From Thelocarpon superellum (lineage: Eukaryota): a stretch of 36,585 nucleotides of DNA. A model generated the notes under the pieces. It worked only from the letters and a program-made list of their open reading frames with translations. It did not search any database and was not told where the DNA came from. The stretch lies in the NCBI GenBank assembly GCA_026025795.1, contig JAPEUG010000148.1:1-36585 (forward strand). The letters run 5' to 3'. The translations under genes and the position numbers were made by a program. Of the stretch, positions 33,551 to 36,585 are shown in pieces (positions within the stretch are counted from its first letter, which is position 1; every line of letters starts with the position of its first letter).

Positions 33551-35899
33551 CTATAATTTGACCCCCCAGATCCCACGGCCGCCACTGACTCCGAGCCAGT
33601 CCCCGCCATGGCTGGTGAGCGCGCTCTGCGGCGCCCAGCTGAGGTTGCCCACCTCGTAGTCGCATCGCCAGGCCGCCATCGGACTCCGTCCAATGTCGCC
33701 CCCCGCCGCTCCGTGCGTGCCGGTCTGTCCCCCATTCGTGTTGCCACCCGGCATCCCACCGGTGCTCTGGTTGAGGAGATCCCACACTAGCACGAGGGAA
33801 TCGTCCGCCCCCGACGCAAGCATGCCGCGCCGCGACGGTGACCACTCGATGCAGTTGATGGAGGACGAGTGTCCCCGCAGTTCGAGCAACGCCTGGCCGG
33901 GCTGCCGCACATCAAGGATGCGGATGATGTTGGAGTCTTGCGAGAAGGTGGCAAGGAGATGTGCGTCATGCGGCGACGCCGAGAGTCGTAGCAACGGCGG
34001 CGCGTAGGACATGGTCTGCTGCGCCGTCGTCGGGCTCATCTTGCCCGGGCTAGAGACTGTACCGAACGTTAGGCACACGACACGGACAGGAGTGGCGGGG
34101 AAGGAGCGGGCACGAAGAGACGTACGTTTATCACCCTTGTCTGTGGGTTCATAGATGATGGTGCTGTGTTCCAGGCTCCGCAGATCGAACATGCGGACGC
34201 TGCCGTCGGCGCCGCAGCTCACAAACACATCCACGCTGTTGGCGCAGAAACGCACATCAAAGACCTCCTTGTCGTGCGCGATGAGCTGCGTCTTGGCGGT
34301 CAGGGTGGGGATGTCCCAGATAGTACAGGTTGTATCGATGCTGGACGTGATGATCAGACTCGGCGAGAGGGTGTTCCAGTCGAGCGAGGTCAGGGGCGCG
34401 GTATGCTCCGGTGACTTGGAGTTGGAGAGCAGCGCGAGCGGCGTCAGCTTGTACGGCGCCGGCTCACGGTTGTTGGAGGAGCGGGTGATGCTGTTCGAGG
34501 CCATGGGCGCGGTGGCGTTGGCGGGCAAGGACCAGAGCCGGAGATGATCCCCCGATGTCGCCAGGAGATCGGTCGATTGCTTCTGCGACGACGGCGGCTC
34601 CCAGAGGATGCGCGTGACGGGGTAGGAGTGCGTGGCCTCGGCCATCTTCAGAAAGTCGATGCCATACGACGGGGTCCCCGGAGAGGTCACATCGGAGCTG
34701 GACGGCGGCGTCAGCTGTGTATCGAGGATTTGGATCTAGACGCGCATTAGTCGCGGTCGACGGCACCAGGCGTCGCGAGGGATACCGACAAAATTGTGAC
34801 CATCCTCGAGATAGCTCCCCACGGCCACTTTGCCGGCGCCTCCCCCAGCGCCGGGCTGGGTCACGGACCACTTACACCAGTCAAAGGCGTACAGGGCCCA
34901 CGGGGCTTGGTAGCTGCAACTCGAAGGTGGGGTCAAGATGCCGTCGTAGGAGTAGGGGTTGGCGCTCAGCGGGTCGTCGGACATGCCCGAGTCGGCCCGC
35001 GGCCGGATATCGGCGAGGCCTAGCGGCGAATTGGACGCGGGACCTTGCGCCGGTACGGGCGTGTACTTCTGGATGGGCGGACTGGCGTATTTGGACGCGT
35101 CCGGGCCGGCACTGGAATAGGGCACGTACTTCTGCCCGTCGAACCCGCCCGGGCTCGACCGCGAATAGCTGTGCGCGTGATTTGTCGCGGAGGAGCGCGA
35201 GGGCGAGCCGTACTGCGAGGATTGGGTGGAGAACTGCGACGTGGATGGCACCGTCGTCGGAGTGGTCACGACGGATGAGGGCACTGGCCGACCCGCATTG
35301 CCCGGTTGGAGAACGCCAGGGACCCCGCTTCCCGGATGTGGAGAGAAGGCCCCACTCGAGGTTTGCGGGGTGGCCTGCTGCACCTTGATGTTGGGCCCTC
35401 CCAACCCGTGCTCCTGGGACGCTGGATAGGCCGATGATTGTCCCGGCGTCGACGGGGGATGCGCGGACGAGGGCGTCGCCGCCATGTGAAGCTCCTCCGA
35501 CGGCCGCGAGAAGGCGCTTGGCCGTCGTGGCGCGTCGGTGTGATGCTGGGTGTAGGGAGAGACGGTGGAGGTGGGCGTGGAGGTGGAATAAGACGAGCCT
35601 GGTCCTGCGAAACCCGCAGCGGCATTGGGCGACGGGGCTTGGCCACTGCCGCCGCTGCTCCCGCTCAAGCCAGACATCTCCTGGTTGCCCGTGGACAGGT
35701 ACAGCCGTTCTGGGCCAAGGCCGGAGCTGCTACCGGCGGCCATCTTCCGTGAGGTACCGGGTGAGGTGGCAATGGAGCCCATGACTGGGCCAGCATCGGA
35801 GTGTCCGCTAGACGGGCCAGGGTGGATGGGAGACCTAGCCGAAGCGCTGTTTTGGGATGCGTGGGACGGTGACGGGCGATGGCCAGATTGACGCGGCAT
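33551..35899 (-). CDS. WDR68: WD40 protein of the WDR68/DCAF7/TTG1 (yeast YPL247C) family with long S/P-rich N-terminus
   Basis: Exons about 35899-34790, 34735-34126, 34056-33551. Motifs YQAPWALYAFDW, AVGSYLED, HSYPVTRILWEP, LLATSGDHLRLW, TSSIDTTCTIWD, QLIAHDKEVFD, VRMFDLRSLEHSTIIYE. Start uncertain: a short upstream exon near 36002-35971 (MMKWPFPPPSP, then gtaagc) is phase-compatible with downstream acceptors. Confidence 0.9.
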
Positions 35900-36585
35900 C
35901 CTCAGCTTGTCTGCCCCCCCAAAGGCCGACCGTAGAGACTTCCAAGGTACGAGCGACACCCTCCGCTTACGGCGACGGTGGAGGAAACGGCCACTTCATC
36001 ATTTCATATCTTATCAAAGCCTTTTGTGTCTCTCCCCTCCTATTACCCTTCATTGCTTGGGATTCTCTTGCTCCGCCTCAGTGCGTTCTGCTGGTGCGAC
36101 TACTCGCTTACTGTTGGGTCTCGGGGAGCACTGGCAGCTACGTCTTGGTCCGGGTCGGCGCGGGACTCTGCGGACCACTGTCGGTGGCAAGTCTCCTGCG
36201 CCCGAGGACGAAGGATCGCAATACCTCTTCTTGGATGGGTCTGATCTGTTGTATTTCGTGCTCTCCCTGTAGGCAGACCCGTCTCGGAGTGGACGGAGAA
36301 TTCATCTCATCTCGTGGATGGGCGGACACAGCGTAAATCCACCGACAGGACTTGCCCATCTGACTTGGTCTCGTTCCCGGTATCCCACGCATCTGGTTCG
36401 GCCATTCTACCACGCCGCATCACTATCAAAGGTTTGGTGATCGTGAAAGGAGAATACATTGACGTTGTGGTTCTCCCGCTATCCCGTCATGGCTGCGCCG
36501 GCGTCTCTCCTCTTACTTCCGCCACCGCCTTTCCCGGCGACGTATACGTCGCTGAGACGGGCGTATGGGCACGCGTTCACACAGG

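Overview
GC-rich, intron-containing fungal DNA, most likely a filamentous ascomycete (short GT-AG introns with CTRAC-type branch points). I reconstructed 13 apparently intact genes and 2 pseudogenes by hand-splicing. In order: D-serine dehydratase pseudogene, cytochrome b5/acyl-CoA dehydrogenase, Ral2-like Kelch-BTB, PTH11-like membrane protein, alpha/beta-hydrolase pseudogene, DUF6601-like 2-TM protein, NLR (hydrolase + NB-ARC + TPR), 1-Cys peroxiredoxin, Tc1/mariner-type HTH protein, aldehyde dehydrogenase, NTM1/TAE1, EVE/THYN1 protein, P1B Cu-ATPase, Atg28-like, WDR68/DCAF7-like. The best candidate for an undescribed system is a head-to-head pair 262 bp apart: a DUF6601-like membrane protein and an NLR with highly similar, locally hypervariable 42-aa TPR repeats. 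This could be a sensor/effector immunity or allorecognition module. Second is an intact transposase DNA-binding domain with no DDE domain, a possible domesticated gene. All family calls rest on motif recognition from memory; no database search was run.
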